From Acidimicrobiales bacterium (GTDB taxonomy: Bacteria > Actinomycetota > Acidimicrobiia > Acidimicrobiales > SZUA-35), in assembly GCA_038212405.1 (NCBI GenBank), contig JBBQUN010000003.1, positions 1 to 54,358 of the forward strand: 54,358 nucleotides of DNA, in the 5' to 3' direction. The notes under the pieces were generated by a model. It was not told the DNA's origin. It ran no database searches and worked only from the letters and a program-made list of their open reading frames with translations. A program made the position numbers and the translations under genes. Shown in pieces: positions 46,150 to 54,114 of this stretch (position 1 is its first letter; each line of letters starts with the position of its first letter).

Positions 46150-49100
46150 CGGCTGATTCGTAGGGCTCGTGCGGGGTCAGGTCCTGGCGTTTGGATGATG
46201 GCGTTCACGGTTTGCCGGGTCTGTTCCCATCGGCGTGCCTGCAGCGGCTCGTCGGGTTGGGTCCCGATGGCGTGTGCGAGCCCACCACGATCAGAGGCGA
46301 CGGCTCCGGTGTGGTGGGTACGGCCGAGCTGGCCGATCCGGTAGCGCTCGATCTCCGTTGCGGCTTGGTCCCATCGTTTGCCGGCTTCCGGGTCGGTCGG
46401 GCGTTCGCCGAGTGTCTGGGTCCGGTAGGGTCGGGGTTCGGCGAGTGCTGTTTCGACATGTCGATCGATCAGGGTGTCAACCACTGCGAGTTCGACGCTG
46501 GCCCGGTCTCGTTGCGCCGCGATCTGCGGGGCTCGTTGTTGGGTGGCGGCAATGTCGGCGAGGTGTGCCCGAGCGACATCGAGTTGCCAGTCGGTGTCGG
46601 CGATGAAACGCCTTGCGACCTCTGGGCCGTCCGGGTCTTTCTTGAGTGCCTTCTTCTTCGACAACGCGGGGAGGGATCGTTCGATCTGATCACGGTCCTT
46701 GGCGAGCAGCGCGATCCGTTGTTCGAGTTGGCGGGCGACACCGTTCTGGTAGCCGAGGCCGTCAGACCGCAAACCTTGGAGGTCGTCGACGATCTGGCGG
46801 CGTGTGCGGGCGAGGTCGGGTGCGCTGAGTTGCCGGTTGTTGTCGGCACGGGCGTCGACGATCGCGCCGAGGAGCTGTTTGTGGTCGTCCCGCTGTCGGG
46901 CCGGACTCGTGTCGGTGAGGGCTGGGGCGATTTGGCCGTCGGTGGGCTCGATGTTCCAGCGCAGGTTGTAGGTGGCGTACTGCCCGGCGGCTTTGTCCCA
47001 CAGCTCGGCTCGTTGCCGGTCGCGTTCGCCGAGGACCGCGACGAGCGGTGCCGGCGGATCGGTGATGGTGTCGGCCACGGCTCGTTTGGTGAGGAGTTCG
47101 GCGGCACGCCTGGTGTTGGGCGTGTTGAGCGCCTCGAGTTCGACGAGCAGCTTTCTGGTGTGGGCGAGGACGTCGGCGATGTCGAAGTCGGCGACGGTCG
47201 CGAGATCGACGGGTTTGGCCCGGGTGAGTTGGGCTTCGACTCGTTCCTGGAGTTCACGGGTGTCGGTGACGATGGGGAGCTGGTGTTCGGCGGCCGGTGT
47301 CGGCTCGGCGAACGCTGCGGCGTCAACCGCGTAGAACCGGACGTCGAGTTGTCCGCGGGTGAGAGCGACGTATTGACCCTCGGTGCTGGAACGGTCGGTC
47401 AGCAACGAATGCGACGTCGAGTAGGTGTCGCCTTGGGCGGCGTGCGTGGTCATGGCGTAGGCCGGTGTGAGGCCGCCGTTGATGCCATCACGGAGGCGGG
47501 TGGTGAGCCAGTCGTGGGGAACAACGATTGGTCCGCGTTGTTCGAAGTCGACAATCAGCGACGGTTCTGAACCTTCACCGATCGAGATGACGGTTCCTTT
47601 CGTGCCGTTGTGGATATAGGAGTTCCGGTCGCCACGGTCGGGTCTGAGTTCACGGTTCTGGGCACGGGCCATGACCCGGTCGCCGACGTGGAAGGTCGAA
47701 TCGCCGAGCGTCACTCCGGGCCCGGTGATGATGCCGTCGGCGTGGAGGAGTGCTTGGGCTCGGGTGTTGAGTTCACGGCGTGCCGAGTGTGTTTCGGCCA
47801 GCATTCTTGAGGGATTGATGATGTCGGGGTCGGCGAGGTGTCGTTGCCAGGCGACGTACCAATCGGCGGTGAGGGTGTCGAGGAGTTCGGGTGAGGTGGC
47901 GGCGGTGATGATGCGTTGGTTCGTGTCGAGCCGTTCGAGCGCCTCGGCGATCCGTCCGCTTCGGTAGTCGGCAGCTGCGAGCCGAATGTCGGCCATCTCG
48001 GGTGCCCGTTGGCGACGGTTCTCGCTGAGCGCGGGCGTGCGGTCCGGATGAAGTCGGGTCAGGTGTGCCCACATGCCACCCGCTTCGACCGAGGCGTGCT
48101 GGGCCGGGTCGCCGATGGTGCGCATCGTCGATCCCGCTCGTTCGACGTGGCGGACCAACGCTGCGTGGGCACGGTTTCCGAGCGTTGATGCCTCGTCGAC
48201 GATGACGACACTTCGTGCGTCGAGCAGCTGCGGGTTGTGGTCGAGGCGGCGCACGAATCCGGCGACGGTTGTTGCAGGGATTCCAGTCGAGGCTTGGAGG
48301 ACTTCGGCTGCGGTGCCGTTCACTGCTGCGCCGTAGAGGGTGTAGCCATCGCCTTCCCAAGCTCGTGCAGCGACCTCGAGGGCGGCGGTCTTGCCCGACC
48401 CGGCAGGACCGATGACGGCTTGGAACCGATCGCCGGAAGAGGTGATGGCGTGGACCATGGCGGCTTGGTCGGTGCCCAGCGTGTGGCCGGTGAGGGTCTG
48501 CCAACGGTCGATGGCCGCCTGTGTGGTCGTCGGGTCGACGACTCCGGCGCCGACGTTGTGACCTCTCGGGTATGCGAGGGCGATGGTCTGTTCGGTGTGG
48601 ATGATGTCGGGCGTGGTGTAACGGATCATGCCCGGGGTGAGGGTGACCTTGCCGGCATCGCCGATCAGATCGGCGGCGACACCATCTTGGGAGCGGATCT
48701 CGATGACCTGTTCGGTGTTCAACCATCGGTCGGCCAGGTCGGTCACCTCGTCGGCGTTGAGCCGTCCGCCGGAGAAGTCGGTCGTCGCCTCTATGACGTG
48801 GCGTCGGTCGAAGATCGCTGTCTGCTCGGTGACGCCCTGCGGGGATGAGAGGTGTTGGTGGAGGCTTGCGGTGTCGTCGGGTGTCCACAGCAGGGGAGCG
48901 TCGTGGGCGGTGAGTGCCCGGATTTCGCTTGGGCCGAGTCCGGTGTCGGCGAGGCGCTGGTCCCAGAGTGATTGGAGTTGGTCCCGGTTGACAGAGGTGT
49001 CTTTGGCGGCCCTCGTTGCGTAGGCGGCGAGCTGGCGAGCAGCAGGGGAGTCGGTGCCGATCTGCCGGACCTCAGCCATGATCTGCGCCTTGCGGGTCGA

Positions 49101-50162
49101 CATCGCGTCCACCGTGGTCGATGGGACGTCGACGAGGTGGGCGATGCCTCGGCGGGTCTCGGTGAATGCGTACCCCTGCCGGTTGAGGATTGATTGGATC
49201 TCGGCCTCTGCGATGTGGCCTGAAGTAGAGGCGTGAGCGTAGGGACCTCGACCGTCGAGGGCCTGGACTCGACCGTCGGGACTCGTGGCCATGTTTGCGA
49301 CGACAACATGGACGTGAAGCTGCGGCTCGAGTTCGCGGCTGGTGTCGTGCAGGAACGATGCTGCGATCATCCCGTCGCCGGGTTCCTGGCCGCGTCCACG
49401 CCGGACAGCGATGGCGTTGTCCTCGATGTAGCCGAGCGCCTTGCCGACAGATTGGTGCAGCGCGTCCTCGATGATCGCTTTGCCCTCATCGTCGGCGGCG
49501 GCCCAAGCGATGGAGATCGACTTCGGCACCGAGTAGGTCAGGTCGTACCCAAGTACCACCTGCGGCTCCTTTCGCTCGGCCTTGAAGCGCTCGACCTCGG
49601 CCCGACTGAATCGCCACTCGCTGTGGCCTCGAGTGCCGACTTCCCGCACACCGTCGATGTATGTCTTGAGAGGAATCGCTGAGTCCTTCTCGCTTGCGAG
49701 CCTGCTAGCGGCGGTGCGCTGGGCAAGGTCGGTGAGGTACTGCCGTTTCACCCCGATGAGGGCCGCTGCCTCCTGTGCCGTCAGGAGCTGATCTGGCTCA
49801 GTTAAGGGGACCACGGCCGCAGCGTGGGTTGCTCGACCCGCTGATCCAATTGCCCCAACGAGTTGCTCACCGGTCTCTGGGTGTTGTCCAAGCAGCACTC
49901 GTCCGAGCATCGCCGGATCAACGAAATGCTGTGCGTCGATCGGAACCATCGCTCGTGCTCCGGCTCCGTGCCATCGCCCCGGCTCTTGCGCTGAGTCGGC
50001 GTAGTAACTCCCCTGTCCGCTGGCGGCGACCAACTCGGGTCCCGAAGTGGCGCGTTGGCCAGCCTCACGATTCTGGTTGCCGGTCAGGTACTCGACTACT
50101 GCGTTCGCCGCTCCGGCGGCCTCGGCACCGGCGGAGCCAAGCTTGCTGACACTGACGTGCAT
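46146..50162 (-). CDS. MOB_F (TrwC/TraI-like) relaxase-helicase
   Basis: EYL/SYYAD tyrosines, PGRWHG.G, GYDLTYSVPKS.S, HDTSR..EPQLHVH; RecD-like helicase motifs GPAGSGKT, VDEAS, GDPAQ, YAMTTHAAQG. Confidence 0.96.
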   Translation of the reverse strand: MHVSVSKLGSAGAEAAGAANAVVEYLTGNQNREAGQRATSGPELVAASGQGSYYADSAQEPGRWHGAGARAMVPIDAQHFVDPAMLGRVLLGQHPETGEQLVGAIGSAGRATHAAAVVPLTEPDQLLTAQEAAALIGVKRQYLTDLAQRTAASRLASEKDSAIPLKTYIDGVREVGTRGHSEWRFSRAEVERFKAERKEPQVVLGYDLTYSVPKSISIAWAAADDEGKAIIEDALHQSVGKALGYIEDNAIAVRRGRGQEPGDGMIAASFLHDTSRELEPQLHVHVVVANMATSPDGRVQALDGRGPYAHASTSGHIAEAEIQSILNRQGYAFTETRRGIAHLVDVPSTTVDAMSTRKAQIMAEVRQIGTDSPAARQLAAYATRAAKDTSVNRDQLQSLWDQRLADTGLGPSEIRALTAHDAPLLWTPDDTASLHQHLSSPQGVTEQTAIFDRRHVIEATTDFSGGRLNADEVTDLADRWLNTEQVIEIRSQDGVAADLIGDAGKVTLTPGMIRYTTPDIIHTEQTIALAYPRGHNVGAGVVDPTTTQAAIDRWQTLTGHTLGTDQAAMVHAITSSGDRFQAVIGPAGSGKTAALEVAARAWEGDGYTLYGAAVNGTAAEVLQASTGIPATTVAGFVRRLDHNPQLLDARSVVIVDEASTLGNRAHAALVRHVERAGSTMRTIGDPAQHASVEAGGMWAHLTRLHPDRTPALSENRRQRAPEMADIRLAAADYRSGRIAEALERLDTNQRIITAATSPELLDTLTADWYVAWQRHLADPDIINPSRMLAETHSARRELNTRAQALLHADGIITGPGVTLGDSTFHVGDRVMARAQNRELRPDRGDRNSYIHNGTKGTVISIGEGSEPSLIVDFEQRGPIVVPHDWLTTRLRDGINGGLTPAYAMTTHAAQGDTYSTSHSLLTDRSSTEGQYVALTRGQLDVRFYAVDAAAFAEPTPAAEHQLPIVTDTRELQERVEAQLTRAKPVDLATVADFDIADVLAHTRKLLVELEALNTPNTRRAAELLTKRAVADTITDPPAPLVAVLGERDRQRAELWDKAAGQYATYNLRWNIEPTDGQIAPALTDTSPARQRDDHKQLLGAIVDARADNNRQLSAPDLARTRRQIVDDLQGLRSDGLGYQNGVARQLEQRIALLAKDRDQIERSLPALSKKKALKKDPDGPEVARRFIADTDWQLDVARAHLADIAATQQRAPQIAAQRDRASVELAVVDTLIDRHVETALAEPRPYRTQTLGERPTDPEAGKRWDQAATEIERYRIGQLGRTHHTGAVASDRGGLAHAIGTQPDEPLQARRWEQTRQTVNAIIQTPGPDPARALRISR

Positions 50163-50197
50163 TTCAGTGGTCGAGGTGATCGAGCGAGGCCATCAGG

Positions 50198-50232
50198 CAA
50201 ACGAGGGACACCCCGAGGCTGGTGGTCGGACA
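50198..50232 (-). promoter_or_regulatory. Element promoter motif copy 5 (relaxase-xseA operon)
   Basis: TGTCCGAC-N15-GTCCCTCGTTTG. Shares 15 identical bp with copy 1. Confidence 0.8.
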
Positions 50233-50289
50233 GTGACGGTCGTATTGGGTCAGCGTCGAACACGGTGGCGAGGCGCTGCTCTCCACCGT

Positions 50290-50331
50290 GGCCATCTCAC
50301 ATTCTCGGCGAGGGCCATCTCACATTCCTGA
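50290..50331 (-). repeat. Two GAATGTGAGATGGCC boxes next to candidate oriT
   Basis: GGCCATCTCACATTC at 50290-50304 and 50313-50327. 50315-50331 is the exact reverse complement of 41321-41337. Confidence 0.8.
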
Positions 50332-50335
50332 GCAG

Positions 50336-50378
50336 TGGAGCTTGCCAACGGCAAGCTCCAGTTGTGTCATGCCTTTTC
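50336..50378 (+). other. Candidate oriT: hairpin followed by putative nic region
   Basis: TGGAGCTTGCC-AAC-GGCAAGCTCCA perfect 11-bp stem followed by GTTGTGTCAT, upstream of a MOB_F relaxase gene. Confidence 0.55.
50359..50378 (+). repeat. att core, left copy
   Basis: CAGTTGTGTCATGCCTTTTC, identical to 54095-54114. Confidence 0.85.
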
Positions 50379-50480
50379 CCGTAGCCAAAGTAGTAGTTGG
50401 GATGGGATAACGCCTTCGCCCCGCAAGCCAGCGGTTTGAGCTGCCGAAGGCAGCGATTCGGGTGAGCGAAAATCAGCGCT

Positions 50481-50500
50481 GTGTCAAACCTATGTCAAAC
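50481..50500 (+). repeat. Integrase arm-type site pair, left
   Basis: GTGTCAAACCTATGTCAAAC; 19/20 match to 53977-53996. Confidence 0.75.
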
Positions 50501-50651
50501 GAGATCGGAGCACAGCGGCCGGTCCGAGACCTGGTGAACCGTGCTCCCCAGGTTCGGGGACAGCGGCGGCCGCCAGTGCGCGATATGGAGCAGTTGACCG
50601 CTCTCGTCCGTGCCGCTATCGGACGCCTGCCGGAGCATTCCGAGGCGGTCA

Positions 50652-51293
50652 TTATGTAGCGCCCTCGCAACGGTCTGACCTCTCACAGTGCGCCGGTGGC
50701 GCAGTGCAACAGCCGCGCTCGGTGGCTCGGGATTGTGCGCCGGGTCGTTCGCTGCTCGGGCCTCCCTCTCTCATGTCCCGAAATGGGTGAATCAGGGAGT
50801 GGCGGATTGATCGAGCAGGGCCGCTTCTTGAATCGTGGCTGTGGTTCGCATGGGTGGCTGGTGTCGGCCAGATCGTGAGGACAGCCAAGAGTGTGGCGCC
50901 GGTGGTGATGTAGACGTCGGCGACGTTGAACGTGGGCCACCAGCCGAGGTGCAACAAGTCGACGACGCTGCCGGACTCGAGGCGATCGATGCTGTTCGCG
51001 ATGGCGCCGGCCACGACCATCGAGGTCGGGACCATCGGCGCCTGGCCTGCGAGCAAGGCTCCGACGAGAAGTGCGGCGATCAGCAGGCCTGCTGCGACGA
51101 GTACGACTGCGGGCAGCCGGTTGAAGAGGCCGAATGCGATTCCGTCGTTGTAGCTGAGTTGCAGGTCGAGTGGCCCCGGAAGCTCGATCGGCCCGTTGTC
51201 GAGTGCTTGCACCGCCCAGGCTTTGGAGGCGAGGTCAATGACGATCAGCGCTGCTGTCACGATGGCGAAGCTCCCGTGGCGTCGCAGTGTCAT
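50652..51293 (-). CDS. lspA: Lipoprotein signal peptidase II
   Basis: D.ASK, YNDGIAFG, GAIANSIDR, VVD, PTFNVAD; long low-similarity C-terminal tail. Confidence 0.9.
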   Translation of the reverse strand: MTLRRHGSFAIVTAALIVIDLASKAWAVQALDNGPIELPGPLDLQLSYNDGIAFGLFNRLPAVVLVAAGLLIAALLVGALLAGQAPMVPTSMVVAGAIANSIDRLESGSVVDLLHLGWWPTFNVADVYITTGATLLAVLTIWPTPATHANHSHDSRSGPARSIRHSLIHPFRDMREGGPSSERPGAQSRATERGCCTAPPAHCERSDRCEGAT

Positions 51294-52078
51294 CGGCTCA
51301 TGCCGAGGATGCGGCGAGCACCGTTGGCGACGACGGCGAAGATGAACCCACCGGCGATCAAGTCCGGGATCGCAGAGTCGAAGGCGATGACTCCGATGGC
51401 TGCGGCGATGACGAGGGCGTTGACCTTGATGTCGTTCGCGGTGAAGATCCAGCTGGCTTGGAGGTGGACCTCACCGGACCGAACCTGGTTCAAGATGACG
51501 AGAGTGACGAGGTTGCCGGCGAGTGCGAGTGCGGACAGCACGATCATCGACGTCGGGTCGGGGAGTTCGGTGTCGACGACGAATCGGCGGATCACCTCGA
51601 CGAGACCGACCGCGGCGAGGCCGAGCTGGACATAGCCGCTGGCCCGTGCGAGGCGCTTCTTGTGGGCCGCCGCGGTGCCGACGGCTGCGAGGCTGAGTGC
51701 GTACACGCTGGCATCGGCGCCCATGTCCAGCGCGTCGGCTACCAACCCCATCGAGCGACTGATGACCCCGACGGTGAGCTCACCGATGAAGAACCCGGCA
51801 TTGATGATCAAGGCGATGAGCAGCGCCCGTTGCTCTCGCACCGAGTCGCCCTCGGTGCCCATGTCACTGGTGTCGTCGACGTGGCGGGCACCTAGGCCAA
51901 GCGGTTCGAGCACATCGCCGATCGCTCCAGCGTTCGAGCGATGCTCGATGAGGACGTCGCGCTGTTGGCTGTCGAACTCGACCCGCTCGACGTCGTCGCG
52001 GTCGTCGAGTGCCATGCGAATGAGTTGTTCTTCTGCGGCGCAGTCCATCGCCGGCACGTGGAACCGACTGACCGTCAT
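51290..52078 (-). CDS. HMA-like domain + cation diffusion facilitator family transporter
   Basis: VPAMDCAAEE N-terminal domain; SMGLVADALDMGADA, HLQASWIFTAND, PDL; about 6 TMs. Confidence 0.88.
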   Translation of the reverse strand: MTVSRFHVPAMDCAAEEQLIRMALDDRDDVERVEFDSQQRDVLIEHRSNAGAIGDVLEPLGLGARHVDDTSDMGTEGDSVREQRALLIALIINAGFFIGELTVGVISRSMGLVADALDMGADASVYALSLAAVGTAAAHKKRLARASGYVQLGLAAVGLVEVIRRFVVDTELPDPTSMIVLSALALAGNLVTLVILNQVRSGEVHLQASWIFTANDIKVNALVIAAAIGVIAFDSAIPDLIAGGFIFAVVANGARRILGMSR

Positions 52079-52425
52079 GACGTCTCCGTTTCGGGCTCGT
52101 AGTTGGGGCACAGCTCGATGCCGGTACCGGTGACAGCGAGGAGCTGCTCAGCGGATCGCAGCACGTCGACGACCTCGGAGTGGGCGATGCGGTAGAAGGC
52201 CTCGCGCCCGCTTCGGCGATCGACGACAAGCCCGCAGTCCCTCAAGCACCTCAGATGCCCGGAGATGTTGGCCTGTGACGCGTCGAGGGTTTCGACGATG
52301 TCAGTCACGCGACGTTCACCACCAGCGAGCAGACTCAGGATGGACAGGCGTGTTCGATCACCGAAACCGCAGAACAGCTTCGCTGCCACGGCGACATCGC
52401 CCGAACGCTCAATGGTCGCACTCAT
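52075..52425 (-). CDS. ArsR/SmtB-family metal-sensing repressor (CmtR/CadC-like)
   Basis: GDRTRLSIL..L..GE..V, SQANISGHLRCLRDCGLV, C-terminal Cys (LCPNY). Confidence 0.92.
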   Translation of the reverse strand: MSATIERSGDVAVAAKLFCGFGDRTRLSILSLLAGGERRVTDIVETLDASQANISGHLRCLRDCGLVVDRRSGREAFYRIAHSEVVDVLRSAEQLLAVTGTGIELCPNYEPETETS

Positions 52426-52431
52426 GGGACC

Positions 52432-52479
52432 CAATCGTATCAGTCATGACCGATACATCGGTGTTGAGCGATACGATTG
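52432..52479 (-). promoter_or_regulatory. ArsR-type operator/promoter
   Basis: Nested inverted repeats: CAATCGTATC/GATACGATTG and GTATCAGTCA/TGACCGATAC (one mismatch). TACGAT -10-like hexamer 8 nt before the ATG. Confidence 0.75.
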
Positions 52480-52761
52480 TGTTGGCAACAACCCCGACCG
52501 CCGCTTCCTCGTGCGCAACCGGCCACCACACCCAACCTGCACGTCCCACGCATATCGACGGCGCAGAATCACCGCCCTCGAGCGCAGACCACCACTCGGT
52601 ATCGACCCCAGTGCAGTGCTCGATAGTCACCACCGCGCGAGGCACCTCTCGGCGATCAGATCCGGCAATATGCAATCGCGCGTGTCCGAGGGCATTCGAT
52701 AACGATCGGCGACTGGAGGTGGCAGGGGTCATACGATCCGGCGCTCCCACCGTCCGGGCGA

Positions 52762-53952
52762 TCAGCCGGCTCGACTATGTGGGACCCCGCTTGCTTCGTT
52801 TGCGGCTGATGCTGTGAGGAGGTTTGCGATTTGCCGGGCTGCGGTGGCTTGTTGGCCGGGCATGACGTGGGCGTAGACGGCGAGGGTCATCGAAGCGTTC
52901 GCGTGGCCGAGTCTTTGGGCGACGACGTGGACGGGAACGCCCGCCCTCAGTGCGATCGTGGCGTGCGTGTGCCGTAGGTCGTGGAATCGGATCCTGGGAA
53001 GGTCAGTCTTCGCGGCGAGCCGAAGAAACCGCTCGCTAAGGTAGTCGGGCCGCAACGGCCGACCGTCGGGGTAGACGAACACGTGCCCGTCGAGGCTGGC
53101 CAAGCTTTGGCGTCGACGGTGGCGTTTCATGATTTCGACGGTGCCGGGGTCGAGGTCGACGGTTCTTGCGGTGCCGTTCTTGGGTGTTGAGGTGATGGTT
53201 TCGGTCCCGACTCGGGTTCGTGACTCGGCGACTGCGATTCGTGATTGTGTGAGGTCGAGATTTCGCCAGCGGAGCGCTGCGATTTCGCCTCGTCGCATCC
53301 CGGTGAGCGCTGCGAGATGCCATAGCGCTTGGAGGTGATCGGCGGCGACACTTCCGAGGAAGTGAGCGAGTTCGTTGGTGTCCCAAGCTCGGATCGGCTG
53401 CTTGGCGGCTCGGGTTCGTCTTGGCGGGTGGGCGTCTTCGGCAACGTTGCGCTTGATGATCCCGGCAGCACACGCGTCAGCGAGCGCGAGGTGCACGAGC
53501 ATGTGGACGTTGCCAACGGTGCGAGGGCGCAGCCCGCCAGATCCGTTGATGCGTCCGTTGCGGAGAAGGTCGGCGTACAGCGCGTCGAGGTGTGCTCCGG
53601 TGAGTTCGTGGAGGCGGAGACCACCGATGGTTGGTAGGACGTGATGCCGAAGATTCGCCATGTAGGAGGCGATCGTCGTTGGTTTGGCGCGGGCTGCGAT
53701 GCTGGCGAGCCACTGGTCGGTGATCCACCCGCCGAGGGTGAGCCCGGTGGGTTCGACGTAGGTGCGGGCGTAGATGCGGCTCACGAGCTCCGCCCGGGCT
53801 TGTTCTGCGTCGCCCCGGCTGGGGTATCCGCCGTGCCATTTCTGGCGGCGCTTTCCTTCGAGTGTCTTGCCGATGTCGACCACGACGTACCAGCGGACGG
53901 TCTTCTTGCCGGTCTTGGTGGTGTGGGTGCGCTTACGGATGTGTCCCTGCAT
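52762..53952 (-). CDS. Tyrosine integrase of the mini-element
   Basis: Arm-binding N-terminus (GHIRKR...RRQKWHGGY), TGMRRGEI, TPKNG, RFHDLRHTHAT, LGHA, VYAH; GGAGG RBS. Confidence 0.95.
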   Translation of the reverse strand: MQGHIRKRTHTTKTGKKTVRWYVVVDIGKTLEGKRRQKWHGGYPSRGDAEQARAELVSRIYARTYVEPTGLTLGGWITDQWLASIAARAKPTTIASYMANLRHHVLPTIGGLRLHELTGAHLDALYADLLRNGRINGSGGLRPRTVGNVHMLVHLALADACAAGIIKRNVAEDAHPPRRTRAAKQPIRAWDTNELAHFLGSVAADHLQALWHLAALTGMRRGEIAALRWRNLDLTQSRIAVAESRTRVGTETITSTPKNGTARTVDLDPGTVEIMKRHRRRQSLASLDGHVFVYPDGRPLRPDYLSERFLRLAAKTDLPRIRFHDLRHTHATIALRAGVPVHVVAQRLGHANASMTLAVYAHVMPGQQATAARQIANLLTASAANEASGVPHSRAG

Positions 53953-53976
53953 GGGTCACCTCCGACGGGGTTACTG

Positions 53977-53996
53977 GTGTCAAACCTGTGTCAAAC
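53977..53996 (+). repeat. Integrase arm-type site pair, right
   Basis: GTGTCAAACCTGTGTCAAAC. Confidence 0.75.
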
Positions 53997-54094
53997 ATGA
54001 ACGCCGTTTCCGGCTCGGTTCAAGGGATGACCCCGCTGCTGCGATCGGCGTATGCCCTGTTGAGGGCCGCTTCGGAGCCAGCCGATCGAAGCCG

Positions 54095-54114
54095 CAGTTG
54101 TGTCATGCCTTTTC
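54095..54114 (+). repeat. att core, right copy
   Basis: CAGTTGTGTCATGCCTTTTC, identical to 50359-50378. Confidence 0.85.

Larger units (their letters stand above)
50359..54114. mobile_element. 3.76-kb integrative mini-element (integrase + ArsR-CDF-LspA cassette)
   Basis: Perfect 20-bp direct repeats at both ends, tandem TGTCAAAC arm-type sites about 100 bp inside each end, and its own tyrosine integrase. Confidence 0.85.

Noticed and set aside
42252-47570. Long ORFs antisense to virD4 and the relaxase (e.g. 42252-43739, 46191-47570)
   Set aside because: Shadow frames typical of high-GC coding DNA; no motifs, and they lie opposite well-supported genes.
50462-50659. 65-aa ORF as the mini-element's excisionase
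   Set aside because: No HTH pattern; it overlaps the arm-type sites and the lspA 3' end. Not excluded, but unsupported.
52480-52761. ORFs or ncRNA between arsR and the integrase
   Set aside because: Overlapping short ORFs without motifs, and no convincing structure.
9264-53952. The two integrases as the two ends of one element
   Set aside because: The second integrase is enclosed by its own 20-bp direct repeats and arm sites, and no tRNA-Pro 3' duplicate was seen near it, so the ICE probably continues past the window.
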